Shown here one piece after another: positions 10,603 through 20,278 of a DNA stretch of 41,253 nucleotides (positions are counted from its first letter, which is position 1; every line of letters starts with the position of its first letter). The notes under the pieces are model-generated. The model ran no database searches, was not told the origin of the DNA, and was given only the letters and a program-made list of their open reading frames with translations. Origin of the DNA: a virus (lineage: Duplodnaviria > Heunggongvirae > Uroviricota > Caudoviricetes); IMG/VR virus record IMGVR_UViG_2563366955_000016; one strand, 5' to 3'. The translations under genes were made by a program, and so were the position numbers.

Positions 10603-13600
10603 CCCGACGCGATGACTGCATAATTGACACAACCCTGCTGTCGATCAGATCCACCAGTCCCCTGGCTGAGCGCGCATCTATCTCGCCATTGCTCCCTTGA
10701 TTCTGAATGCTGATGTGATACACGGGAGAATAAACAAATCCACCGCCACCATTCACATTTCCAATGGCCCTGACCCCAAGAGAGCCGTCCGCTGCCCGTG
10801 TCAGTGGCATGATTGCTTCGGGCCCGGCCTCGCCCATCAACCCGGCACCTTTCGCAAAAGCAAAATACGTCGGTGTATCCACAATAGTGTTACTGTAAGC
10901 ACTCAGATTTGCCGATGTGTAAACACCACCTTTTGCGTTTGCCACTGCCCCCGAAATCCATCCGCCGACCGTACCAAGCCACCCTCCGGCACCGGAGAGT
11001 GATTTCAGTCCGTTAACAATGGCTGCATTCATCAGAATTTTTGAAACTTCCCGGAGAACTGAACTCCCCCAGTTCCTCCAGTCCACAACATTCCCGGCCA
11101 GTGCATCGGAAATATTTGATACCAGCCCGTCCATCGTGGAAACGACAGCATCTGCCGCCTGTGAAGCATAATCGGTGGCACTGTCTGCCCAGTTGGTCAG
11201 TCCCTCCTGGAGTCCGGCATTCCAGTTATTACGTAAAGCATCGGCCTTTGCATAATAATCCTGCTGATCGCTGAGACGCTCTTCCAGATATTTTTTATTC
11301 AGTTCTTTCTCCTGTTTCCACAGAGCTTCTTCAATTTCTCCGGCCTGATACTGTCTCAGCAGCTCGTTATTTTTCTGCTCAAACGCCTGCCGGATACTCC
11401 ACATTTCCTGGAGTCGTTCACGCATCCGTGAGCCTTCACCATATCCCAGCAACTGCGCTTCGTCAGATGCCCGGGCACTGGCATTACTGTCCGCCAGACT
11501 GCTCTCATACGCAGCAAGCTGCTCACGAATCTTTTTCTGGTCGATGAGTGCTGCATTCTGCAAAAGCGTTTTTTTCTGCGCTTCTGACAGGGTTGATAAT
11601 TCGCCCTGACTGACCTGATATTTCATCTTAGCCAGTTCAGTATTCTGCCCTGCCAGTGCTATTTGTTCTTTTTGCTGTTTAATCAGCCGTTTATAAATAT
11701 CTTCTGTTTTTTCCGCTTCGGTCTTTTTATGCGCTTTGGGTTTATTTGCCTGGTTATTTCGCCAGGCATCCAGTGAGTTATTGATATAATTCTGTCTGGC
11801 TGTCTGATACGCCTCTCCCACAAAGCCGAGATCATCCGCAGCATAACCCAGGCGGGCACGCTCACGGGCTTCCCCCTTCAGGCGGGACAGAGCCAGTTCG
11901 CGCTCACTGTTATTCAGTGCGGTCTGCTGTTTATCATCCAGGGTTGCCTGTGGTAGCCGTAACGGTACATTCACCAGCCCCTGTCGCTGCTGAAGTAATT
12001 CATTACCGAGCCCGAGAAGGCGATTAAACTCGGTATGCTGCCCATTCATGATCAACAGGGACTGATACGCTTTGTTTTGTTCCGCGGCCTGTTGACGGAT
12101 CAACGCCACCCGTCGCTCCTCCAGCCCGGCAAGCACATCCTGAATGGATTGCGCTTTGCCCTGCATTTGTGTGAGACGGGACTGTTCAACTGCCAGTTGA
12201 TTTGTTGCTTCTGCAAGCCCTTCTGTGACAGTTTTTACCGACGTCATGTGGTTAATCATAAAACCGTTATCGGTTGTCCAGCCCGGGTTTGCCAGCACAT
12301 ACTGATAGCCAGCAATTTTTTCCTGTAAGGATTTAATCTTACTTTTCTGCTCGTCAATTAACCTGTTTTGCTCATCAAGTGCCTGCCGCGTCTTTTCCTC
12401 ATTATCTGACGCTTCAGGAAGCGACATTGCCGACGTTTTCTGGCGAATTTCGTCGATTGTTGCGGCATACTGGCGTGCAGATTCTCTGGCCTTCTCCTGA
12501 TTCTGATACATCGTGTACCAGGCCGTCGCCCCCAGCATGACGAGTCCCGGCACACCACCAACCAACCCCAGCGCACCACTTAACAGACGACTCCCCACTG
12601 ACGTGACAGTATTCAGCGTTGTCTGTGCCGCTGTTCTGGCCGCAATATTACGGGTAAGTGACGCCTGGGCAGCTGTCAGCTTCGCTTCTGCTGCGGCCTG
12701 CCTTTCGGTACCGCGAGCAGCAACAACCGCCTGTTGCGCACGATAAACCGCCGCACGCGCCCTGGCGGTTGCTATCTGTGTCCCCCGAAGTTGCGCTTCA
12801 GCAAGAGCCACTTCGTTTCTGGCTGCAGTAATTAATCCGGCAGTTGCAGATCCAGCAGACGACGCCATATTGCCAAAATATCGGGCTACCCCGACGGCAA
12901 CCAGTGCGCCAGCTGCAGCAGCCACGGTATCCATATTGTCTGCAACACCATTCAACACCCCGGTGAGTGTCTTTGTCACTCCGCTTGCCTCGTTCGCACC
13001 ACCAACCCAGGCCATAAAGGCGTTTTCAACTTTGGTTGCAGAGGATGAAACAGTATCAGGCATTGCTGCATATTCATCACGCAACGCCCCAAGCTGACTA
13101 ATCAGTGCAGGAACAACCTTATCGGCGGTCAGTTTTCCGTTATCCGCCATGGCCTTCAGATCCTTACGGGCAACACCCATTCCCGCAGCCAGCGCACGAA
13201 TAACACGATCGCCGTTCTCATTCACAGAGTTAAATTCTTCACCGCGCAGCACTCCCTGCGCCAGTGCCTGACTGAACTGCGTGATCACCGAACTGGCTTC
13301 TGCTGTACTGGCACCGGATAATTTCAGGCCCGTGGAGATCGCCTCGGTGACTTTCAGTACCTCCTCAGAACTGTAGCCATACTCCCGCATGGAAGCTGCA
13401 GAGCGGGCAAAAAGGCTGGCGTTATCAGAAAACGCCGTTCCCGTTCTCTGGCTGATTGCCATTAATTCACGTTGTGATACCTGAAAATCATCACTGGACT
13501 GTGAAGCCTGCTTCAGACGGGCATTTACTGAATTCCACTCATCGGCGAGAGAAATAAGATGACCGGTAGCAAAAGCTCCGGCAAATGCCCCCGCCATATT

Positions 13601-13813
13601 CAGTGCCGAAGATTTAGCTGTATTTATCTGATCCGTCACTTCTGCCAGTGCACGCCGCATTTCACGGGATGCAGCAGCGGACTGCCGGCCTCCGTTCTGC
13701 ATGGTACGGTAGTAATCCTGCCCCATACGCGAAGCCCGGGAGATCTCTGACTGGAATGACCGGGAATTTGCCGAGATTTTAATAATCAGTTCACGTAATG
13801 TCGCCACACTCAT
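10580..13813 (-). CDS. H: tail tape measure protein H, 1077 aa
   Basis: Very long coiled-coil-rich ORF with Gly-rich C-terminus, following the G/GT chaperone genes. Confidence 0.92.
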   Translation of the reverse strand: MSVATLRELIIKISANSRSFQSEISRASRMGQDYYRTMQNGGRQSAAASREMRRALAEVTDQINTAKSSALNMAGAFAGAFATGHLISLADEWNSVNARLKQASQSSDDFQVSQRELMAISQRTGTAFSDNASLFARSAASMREYGYSSEEVLKVTEAISTGLKLSGASTAEASSVITQFSQALAQGVLRGEEFNSVNENGDRVIRALAAGMGVARKDLKAMADNGKLTADKVVPALISQLGALRDEYAAMPDTVSSSATKVENAFMAWVGGANEASGVTKTLTGVLNGVADNMDTVAAAAGALVAVGVARYFGNMASSAGSATAGLITAARNEVALAEAQLRGTQIATARARAAVYRAQQAVVAARGTERQAAAEAKLTAAQASLTRNIAARTAAQTTLNTVTSVGSRLLSGALGLVGGVPGLVMLGATAWYTMYQNQEKARESARQYAATIDEIRQKTSAMSLPEASDNEEKTRQALDEQNRLIDEQKSKIKSLQEKIAGYQYVLANPGWTTDNGFMINHMTSVKTVTEGLAEATNQLAVEQSRLTQMQGKAQSIQDVLAGLEERRVALIRQQAAEQNKAYQSLLIMNGQHTEFNRLLGLGNELLQQRQGLVNVPLRLPQATLDDKQQTALNNSERELALSRLKGEARERARLGYAADDLGFVGEAYQTARQNYINNSLDAWRNNQANKPKAHKKTEAEKTEDIYKRLIKQQKEQIALAGQNTELAKMKYQVSQGELSTLSEAQKKTLLQNAALIDQKKIREQLAAYESSLADSNASARASDEAQLLGYGEGSRMRERLQEMWSIRQAFEQKNNELLRQYQAGEIEEALWKQEKELNKKYLEERLSDQQDYYAKADALRNNWNAGLQEGLTNWADSATDYASQAADAVVSTMDGLVSNISDALAGNVVDWRNWGSSVLREVSKILMNAAIVNGLKSLSGAGGWLGTVGGWISGAVANAKGGVYTSANLSAYSNTIVDTPTYFAFAKGAGLMGEAGPEAIMPLTRAADGSLGVRAIGNVNGGGGFVYSPVYHISIQNQGSNGEIDARSARGLVDLIDSRVVSIMQSSRRDGGLYSA

Positions 13814-13852
13814 TCTCCGGACGAAAAAAACCGCCGAAGCGGTTATGTTGAC

Positions 13853-14143
13853 TCACTGAGACACTATTAAAAGCGCGTTTTCCAGTCCGGCAAATGGATC
13901 TGAGACGCCTTCTGTCTGCTCTTGTTCCCACTGAAGAAGCGCATCATTCAGTGGGACTTTGACACCCTGCGCACCGTAAACCGCAGAAACTATCTGGGCA
14001 GCCCGGATATCAGCCCGCTCGTCACCCAGCGGGCTGAACCTGTCAAATTCTGCCCACATCATGATTTCTGATGCGGACATTTCCCGGCGTAACTCTGACA
14101 ATGTGCGCCCCATCCTGAGCGCCAGCATCATCAGAAAACGCAT
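13853..14143 (-). CDS. T segment of the tail assembly chaperone GT (-1 frameshift extension of G)
   Basis: ORF in the -1 frame relative to G, beginning just 3' of the slippery heptamer; the frameshifted reading KKVALPG joins directly onto MRFLMMLALRMG. Confidence 0.7.
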   Translation of the reverse strand: MRFLMMLALRMGRTLSELRREMSASEIMMWAEFDRFSPLGDERADIRAAQIVSAVYGAQGVKVPLNDALLQWEQEQTEGVSDPFAGLENALLIVSQ

Positions 14144-14154
14144 CCCCGGAAGCG

Positions 14155-14541
14155 CTACTTTTTTTTAACCTCGCCGGCATCACTGATCAGTTCCAGAGAC
14201 TGCCGAAGAAGCCGCGCATGCACCGGGCCATACACGGCAATCACCTGTTCACGATCATCCTCTGAAAATACAGGTTGCAGTCCGGTATCACACAGAACAT
14301 CAATGAACAGTTCAACATCTGCCTCCAGATTTCGGCGGGCGCGCTCCGCAACGGATAACGGTGTCTCATCATCTTTTGCTTTAACGATCTCCTGCCAGCG
14401 CAACCAGGCTTCTGCAGAAGGTTCCCGTAATACAACCGTTGCCCCTTCCCATTCAGGCACATCAACAGTTTTATGGCGAAACCCCGACATCGTTGCCAGT
14501 GCCAGATTGCGGATATTTTTAGTCATCACATCTATCCTCAT
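14155..14541 (-). CDS. tail assembly chaperone G, 128 aa
   Basis: Position between the major tail protein and tape measure genes; ends GEVKKK at the slippery site. Confidence 0.8.
   Translation of the reverse strand: MRIDVMTKNIRNLALATMSGFRHKTVDVPEWEGATVVLREPSAEAWLRWQEIVKAKDDETPLSVAERARRNLEADVELFIDVLCDTGLQPVFSEDDREQVIAVYGPVHARLLRQSLELISDAGEVKKK
14158..14164 (-). promoter_or_regulatory. programmed -1 ribosomal frameshift slippery heptamer A_AAA_AAG (G to GT)
   Basis: Last codons of G read GTT AAA AAA AAG TAG on the minus strand; canonical XXXYYYZ site conserved in lambda-type G/GT. Confidence 0.7.
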
Positions 14542-15245
14542 TAACTGACGGTAACAGTGCAGGAAGTGGAGGTCACCTTGTTAACAGGGCTTGCTGAATC
14601 AGAAATCTCGCAGGTATACGCACCGGCATCACCTGATGCTGCTGATGCCTTACTGAATGTTGCCGCCGTCTGTCCGGAAACAGGAGAACTACCTTTCTTC
14701 CAGACATAAGAATAAGGCGGCACACCACCGGCAGCCTCAACCACCATTTCGAGTTTCGCTCCGGCAGAAACCTGCAGCGTGCTGTTTAAATCGACCTTCA
14801 CTTTCAGCGGCTCTGTCGTCAGCACAGGTTTACCTTTCAGGCGCAGGGAAAACGTTGCAGCCACAACACCATTAGTTCCTGCAGACCAGGTATGCTGACG
14901 CACCTCTGCCATAAAGGTAAATCCGTTGCCTGACGGAAAAATAACTTTAAAGCCATACGTGGTGTCATTGTCATAGGCACTGCGCAACGCGTTCTGGGCA
15001 GCATTGAGGTAAAAGTTGCCTGACATGGAAATCTCTGACGCGGCACCAAGGCCGTTAATATTTTCCTGCTCAACAGAACACAGCGTGGTGACATCAATAT
15101 CCTGCTTTTGTCCTGCGGTAAACTGCACCTCTTTGATTGTACAGCTCAGGCCAAGATAGCTGGCAGAATCCAGGGTTTCTGCTGTTACCGGTGCAGACGA
15201 AATCATAATTTTCGTCAGTTGCGAACGCTCAAAATTAGAGGACAT
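14541..15245 (-). CDS. major tail protein with C-terminal Ig-like domain
   Basis: Start set at the internal Met (MSSNFERSQ) preceded by an AGGAG RBS; C-terminal Ig-like (Big_2-like) region; position before G. Confidence 0.8.
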   Translation of the reverse strand: MSSNFERSQLTKIMISSAPVTAETLDSASYLGLSCTIKEVQFTAGQKQDIDVTTLCSVEQENINGLGAASEISMSGNFYLNAAQNALRSAYDNDTTYGFKVIFPSGNGFTFMAEVRQHTWSAGTNGVVAATFSLRLKGKPVLTTEPLKVKVDLNSTLQVSAGAKLEMVVEAAGGVPPYSYVWKKGSSPVSGQTAATFSKASAASGDAGAYTCEISDSASPVNKVTSTSCTVTVS

Positions 15246-15261
15246 ACTCGTCTCCTGAAAA

Positions 15262-15283
15262 TAAAAAACCCGCCAGCGGCGGG
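15262..15283 (-). terminator. terminator-like hairpin plus U-run immediately upstream of the major tail gene
   Basis: Minus strand CCCGCC-GCU-GGCGGG followed by UUUUUUAU, between the 15305 stop and the 15245 start. Confidence 0.4.
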
Positions 15284-15304
15284 TGGGTAAAATCATTAAC
15301 GACC

Positions 15305-15649
15305 TCAGGCTATTACCTGAAATTCAAGCGTGGCTCTGCTCAGACGGGAATCAGGATCATAACCCTGAGTTTTAGAAATAACGGAAGGTGCAAGTTGCCT
15401 TACCGCATCAAGCGCCTGCTCACGGATATCATCTGCGTCATCAGGTACTGTTGCCCAGACATCGATCTGCACGGTAATTCTGGATTCAGCCTGACCATCA
15501 AGCACATCAGACGCAGTGTCAGACACCACAGAAAATACCAGCCATGGCGGAGATACCGCAGGCTTTCCCTCCGTCAGCGGGACCACATAAGGATAAACCT
15601 GTCCTCCGGCCAGTTGAGACAGCAGGGAATACAGTGTGGTCTCTCTCAT
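15305..15649 (-). CDS. tail completion / tail terminator-like protein, 114 aa
   Basis: Position between HK97 gp10-like gene and major tail gene; family assignment by synteny only. Confidence 0.5.
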   Translation of the reverse strand: MRETTLYSLLSQLAGGQVYPYVVPLTEGKPAVSPPWLVFSVVSDTASDVLDGQAESRITVQIDVWATVPDDADDIREQALDAVRQLAPSVISKTQGYDPDSRLSRATLEFQVIA

Positions 15650-16095
15650 TTACTTAAGACCTCATCAATAGCCTGATTCATTCGCTGTATGGCAATCTGT
15701 GCTGCCAGTTCCTCTGTCGTATCGAAAGCCGGGCGAATGAACGGATGCGCGGGCATGTTTATCGTTCCCAGCTCCACAAAGCGCCAGTAAAACGCATTTC
15801 GGGGATCACTGGCTTTCATGCTGTTATCACTGTTTCCGGTTCGCAGGTTCCGTCCACGAATGTGGACACCCGAGATAATTTCCCCCCGACGCTTTGAACG
15901 CTGAGTGAGAACAACCACATTTTTCTTCAGTTTCCCGGTTCGCTCCGGCGCACGTTCAACAACTGCATCCCGCATAACTTCAGCACCGGCACGGGTGGCA
16001 TCGCGCAGTACCTTATTGTTTTCTGCCCTGCTGAGCGTCTCCAGATCCCGTGCAATATCCGCCAGACCTGAAAAATCAAGACTGAAATCCATCAC
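15646..16095 (-). CDS. HK97 gp10-family tail component, 149 aa
   Basis: Sequence MMDFSLDFSGLADIARDLETLSRAENNKVLRDATRAGAEV matches the HK97 gp10 pattern as I recall it; synteny. Confidence 0.65.
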   Translation of the reverse strand: MMDFSLDFSGLADIARDLETLSRAENNKVLRDATRAGAEVMRDAVVERAPERTGKLKKNVVVLTQRSKRRGEIISGVHIRGRNLRTGNSDNSMKASDPRNAFYWRFVELGTINMPAHPFIRPAFDTTEELAAQIAIQRMNQAIDEVLSK

Positions 16096-16430
16096 ACATT
16101 CCCCTTCTGAGAACAGAGTATCTCAAGCCGTGTGGCACGAGCATCCGGTATCGGCGGACCGTCTATACTCAGAATCGCGCCTTTGAATGCACCAGTCAGC
16201 ACTTTCAGACATGAAGTTGCTGTTACATCTCGCCGGAATCTCATCCAGACCCTCACTGTAGCCTGAGCAGTTTCTGCGCCTCCGGATATTCTCTCCCTGC
16301 CACTGATCCCCTTAACTTCTGCCCATATGGTTGCCCCCTCCGTCATTGTTTCCACAGGGTGCCCTGACGGAGACCGAACGGTGGTGGCATTCAGAATAAC
16401 CACACGATCACGTAATCTTCCTGCCTGCAT
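16092..16430 (-). CDS. head-tail adaptor / head closure protein, 112 aa
   Basis: Synteny in HK97-type head-tail joining block. Confidence 0.55.
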   Translation of the reverse strand: MQAGRLRDRVVILNATTVRSPSGHPVETMTEGATIWAEVKGISGRERISGGAETAQATVRVWMRFRRDVTATSCLKVLTGAFKGAILSIDGPPIPDARATRLEILCSQKGNV

Positions 16431-16438
16431 GAATCCTC

Positions 16439-16744
16439 CTATGTTCCGGGATGAAATCGATACATCCGCAGTCCGGTATAGAAAAAATCAGGCACTGCAT
16501 CCTGCATTTCCCTGTTCTCGTACCAGTAGCCAACCAGTTGCATAAGACGCAGTTTTATCAGAGGTGTTATTACAAGCCCGGTCGTATCCTGCTCAGAAAC
16601 AGTTTCATCGTAAAGCGTCCGGTTTAAAAACTTTTCAGCCTCTTCCCTGGCAGCAGCCAGATACATCATAAGAAGAGAATTCTCCTGTTCATTGTCATCA
16701 TCAATCCGGCACTGAACACGAAGCTCTTCCAGAGTGGGCATCAT
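16439..16744 (-). CDS. head-tail connector (gp6-like), 101 aa
   Basis: Synteny downstream of the major capsid gene; acidic N-terminal helix typical of gp6-like connectors. Confidence 0.55.
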   Translation of the reverse strand: MMPTLEELRVQCRIDDDNEQENSLLMMYLAAAREEAEKFLNRTLYDETVSEQDTTGLVITPLIKLRLMQLVGYWYENREMQDAVPDFFYTGLRMYRFHPGT

Positions 16745-16755
16745 TTGGGCAACCT

Positions 16756-16944
16756 CTATGAATGCTGTTTTTTAGACTTATCAGCCCCCCGCGCAACAGG
16801 TGTTCTCTTATCAGAGACAATCCCAGCTGCAGTGGCAATTTCGCGTACCCGTTCGGGTAATTCTTTATCTTCATACTCACCGGCCCGAATAATCTCAACA
16901 CGCATACCGTCCGGTGACCATTTCAGATCTTGTTTCAGGATCAT
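16756..16944 (-). CDS. small hypothetical protein, 62 aa
   Basis: ORF only; fills the gap between the capsid and connector genes. Confidence 0.3.
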   Translation of the reverse strand: MILKQDLKWSPDGMRVEIIRAGEYEDKELPERVREIATAAGIVSDKRTPVARGADKSKKQHS

Positions 16945-16995
16945 GATTCTTTCACCTGTCAGAACAGGGGGCGCACTTCTGCGCCCCCTGAATGA

Positions 16996-18201
16996 TTACG
17001 CCGCTGCAATCTTCAGCAGTTTGATGGCCTGCGAATCGACCAGCATGCCGCCGGTGCGCTTGGTGGTATAAAAACCGACAAACGGTTTATTGGTGTACGG
17101 GTCACGCAGAATGCGGGTACCGATACGGTCAACGATGGTGTAACCCCGTTTGAAGTTACCAAATGCAATGGCTTTCGCATCAGCGGCAATATCCGGCATC
17201 TGTTCGTTTTCAGCGATAGCGTAACCCGCCAGAGAGGACGGCTGCCCCAGCTCCAGCCCCGGACGCCACAGATAGTTACCCTCACTGTCTTTCAGCAGAC
17301 GGATGGCAAACAGACTGTTGTTGTTCATCATGAACTTCGCGCCAGTGCGGTGTGCCTTACGCAGCGTGTAAATCAGTTTGATAATGGCATCTGCGGTCAC
17401 CGCCGTCGCTTCGCCGGATACAATATGCTGAAGTTTGCCGAACGCCCGGACCTTGTCTGTTTCATCCGTGGACTCATACGCCAGGAACCCTTTCGGCTTC
17501 TTGGTACCATCGCCGGTGGTAAAGGCAATTTCTTCCTGTTCGGCAAATTCGGTTGCCAGCTCGCTGTTGATCCATGCTTCCACGTTGAAAAAGGCATCAT
17601 CCAGCATTTTCTGGGTGGCCTGCGGGTTACCGTAGATTTCCCCCATGAAAGGTTCAATCAGGCCCAGTTTTGAGGTGGCAGTCTGGGAGCGCGCGTCAGT
17701 CTCGCCAACCCATCCGGAAGCCGTGCCGCCCAGATTCACCAGTTTTTTGTAGTCGGAACCACCAACGCTGATCACCGTGGCTTCCTGGCGCATCACCACT
17801 TCATCTTTCAGCAGGGTGAGAATGTTGCGATCCAGTGCTTCCGGCACGGCATAGCCGCCGTCTTCATCGGTGCCCACCTGTAATGCCTTGCGCTCCAGAT
17901 CGCGCAGACCATCTTCACGGCCTTTACGCAGGAAGCCCACAAACGCTTCTTTATGCTCGGTGGCCAGTTTATTTTGCGCACCACCTGCCGGACGTTTCAG
18001 CTCAAGCAGCTCTTTTTCAAGATCGCTTTTGAGGTTTTCCAGCTCGCTGAGTTTCCCGTTCAGGGTTTCCACCTGCCCGGCAAGTTTGCCTTTTTCCTGC
18101 TCAATCGCATCCACGCGCTTGTCGTTCTTTGCTTTGAAGTCGTCAAACTTCTGCTGCAGCTCCTGCGCGACCTGTTCGACATCTTTAATATCAACCGCCA
18201 T
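16996..18201 (-). CDS. major capsid protein, HK97 fold, 401 aa
   Basis: N-terminal coiled-coil delta domain followed by HK97-like capsid region; follows the prohead protease. Confidence 0.9.
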   Translation of the reverse strand: MAVDIKDVEQVAQELQQKFDDFKAKNDKRVDAIEQEKGKLAGQVETLNGKLSELENLKSDLEKELLELKRPAGGAQNKLATEHKEAFVGFLRKGREDGLRDLERKALQVGTDEDGGYAVPEALDRNILTLLKDEVVMRQEATVISVGGSDYKKLVNLGGTASGWVGETDARSQTATSKLGLIEPFMGEIYGNPQATQKMLDDAFFNVEAWINSELATEFAEQEEIAFTTGDGTKKPKGFLAYESTDETDKVRAFGKLQHIVSGEATAVTADAIIKLIYTLRKAHRTGAKFMMNNNSLFAIRLLKDSEGNYLWRPGLELGQPSSLAGYAIAENEQMPDIAADAKAIAFGNFKRGYTIVDRIGTRILRDPYTNKPFVGFYTTKRTGGMLVDSQAIKLLKIAAA

Positions 18202-18215
18202 CGTATTTCTCCTGA

Positions 18216-18902
18216 TTAGAAGTTCAGATTTTTCAGTGCATTCAGTGCAGAGCCCACATCCTCAGCGTCGCGCAGGGACAGTGCGCCATAGCCCCCGGCC
18301 ATGAATGCTTTGGCCTGGGTACGGGAGAGTCCGACATCACGCAGGACTCTTTCGATTTTTTTCTGTTCGGGGATTTCCCCGCGGGCCAGTGCGTTCTTGA
18401 CGTCGCTGATCCGCGCCTCGTCGTTAGACGGGAACGTCACCAAGCTGACTTCCCAGAGGTCGATTTCTTTCAGCAGAAAGGCTTCTTTGCTCCGGTCGTA
18501 TTCCCAGTCTTTCAGGACGTACCCAATAGAAAGGCCGGTTAACGAACCGGCCTTCATGTGTGCATGTGCGCGTTTTGCGAGGGGATCATCATCAATAAGC
18601 AACCGTCCCCTGACGTAAAGCCCGACATCGTCTTCCTTCATTTCGGTGTAAACACCGATGGGTTCATCCATGCGGTGCTGCCAGAGCAGCGCAGGTAACG
18701 CTTTTCTGTCACTCCACGCCCGCAGGGAAGCAGCAAATGCCCCGGACATCACCACATCATCGTGGCTGTCCTTTACACCAAAGACGGAGCCATACCCTTC
18801 AAACTCACCGGAGTCACTGACAGATTTCAGACTCAGCGGTACATCAAGACGTTGTTTCGTCTGCATTGGCGTTATCCTTCTGCTTACCGGCTTTACTGCC
18901 AT
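18216..18902 (-). CDS. prohead protease (HK97 family), 228 aa
   Basis: Position between portal and capsid genes; HK97 protease-like sequence. Confidence 0.85.
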   Translation of the reverse strand: MAVKPVSRRITPMQTKQRLDVPLSLKSVSDSGEFEGYGSVFGVKDSHDDVVMSGAFAASLRAWSDRKALPALLWQHRMDEPIGVYTEMKEDDVGLYVRGRLLIDDDPLAKRAHAHMKAGSLTGLSIGYVLKDWEYDRSKEAFLLKEIDLWEVSLVTFPSNDEARISDVKNALARGEIPEQKKIERVLRDVGLSRTQAKAFMAGGYGALSLRDAEDVGSALNALKNLNF

Positions 18903-20085
18903 CGGATGGTTTCGTGGTCATGTTCATCGGTGTGAGATAGACATCCCCACCGGGACGCGGATTCATATCTTCCAGGTCGCGGCAGTCATTGGGAGAGTAA
19001 ATTCCCCAGTTGATCCCGGTGGCGTAGGCTTCAAAACGGGACTTCATATCCCCGCGCAGTAACGCCCCGGCGTTAAATTTGGCGTAATAAACGCCCTGCT
19101 TACTTTTTCGTACCAGTCCGGTGTTGATCCGCTGTTCGATGCGGGTCAGATACGGCACCAGTGAATAGTTGATAAATCCCAGCCCCAGCTCTTCGATATT
19201 GTTGAAGGTGGCGCGATCGGTGTTCTGCACCATGTGCAACGGCACCCGGAACAGACGACAGATTTCTTCAAGCTGAAACTTGCGGGTTTCCAGGAACTGG
19301 CTGTCCTCGGCGTTCAGCGCCATCGACTTCCAGTCCAGCCCCATCTCAAGGATCATCGGGCGGTGAGCATTGCCAAGCCCGGTGTGACGCTCCTCAAAAT
19401 CTTTCTTCAGGCGCTCATAAGCCTGATCCGACAGCGTCTGTTCTGTACGCAACACACCGGACGTCACCGCACCATTGCTGAACAGTCTGGCCCCGTGCTC
19501 TTCGGTCGCTGCTGCCAGCGATATTGCCTCGCGGGCATAGGCGATGGGATTCAGTCCCACCAGACCGTCCAGCGTCAGCGTGCGCACATGCCAGATATCT
19601 TCCTGGCTCAGTACATCCGTGGAACCGTCCGGGAATGTGACCTGATAGACCGGCTCCCAGCGACTGTTAAGCTTCGGTACCACACAACCGGGATCGACGG
19701 GCAGCAGTTCAGCCACTTCGCCAAATGCTTTCACTTTGTAGGCGTAAAAGTTTCCCCTCAGGCACAGACAGGTGACCACCAGCTCCCAGAACTCCTGCGG
19801 CGTCATATAGCCATTGGGATGCGTGGAGATCAGCTTATGCAGACGTTCGCCGGTGGCTCTCTGTTTCAGGCTGCCGTTCAGGTGATACAGATTGCAGGGC
19901 AACATCCCGACCGACTCTGCTAGCACTCTGACGCAGGAAAAAACCGCCGTCAGTCGCATGGCCCGCTGACTGCTGATCTGCTTTCCGGTATAGGTGTCGT
20001 AAGACAACCCGATGGCATCCGCCAGCTCTGCTGGCGTGGTCACCGGCGCGTCACTTTTTCGTTGAAATAATCCCGAAAAGAACAC
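18844..20085 (-). CDS. portal protein (HK97 family), 413 aa
   Basis: Size and position between terminase large subunit and protease. Confidence 0.88.
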   Translation of the reverse strand: MFFSGLFQRKSDAPVTTPAELADAIGLSYDTYTGKQISSQRAMRLTAVFSCVRVLAESVGMLPCNLYHLNGSLKQRATGERLHKLISTHPNGYMTPQEFWELVVTCLCLRGNFYAYKVKAFGEVAELLPVDPGCVVPKLNSRWEPVYQVTFPDGSTDVLSQEDIWHVRTLTLDGLVGLNPIAYAREAISLAAATEEHGARLFSNGAVTSGVLRTEQTLSDQAYERLKKDFEERHTGLGNAHRPMILEMGLDWKSMALNAEDSQFLETRKFQLEEICRLFRVPLHMVQNTDRATFNNIEELGLGFINYSLVPYLTRIEQRINTGLVRKSKQGVYYAKFNAGALLRGDMKSRFEAYATGINWGIYSPNDCRDLEDMNPRPGGDVYLTPMNMTTKPSDGSKAGKQKDNANADETTS

Positions 20086-20267
20086 TATTTACCTCCGCCG
20101 ACAGACGGCTGTGTACGGTCGAGATATCGCGCCACCAGCCACGACCAGAACAGGCACAGCACCCCGGCAACAACAAAACCCGCCGGGGGATAAATCAGCC
20201 AGGCACCATACGCCAGCAAAAGCGCACCCAGCACGCCCACCAGTGGCGCGAGAATTATCAGAAACAT
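20085..20267 (-). CDS. small membrane protein, 60 aa
   Basis: Two hydrophobic helices; wedged between TerL and portal. Confidence 0.35.
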   Translation of the reverse strand: MFLIILAPLVGVLGALLLAYGAWLIYPPAGFVVAGVLCLFWSWLVARYLDRTQPSVGGGK

Positions 20268-20278
20268 AATGACCTCGG

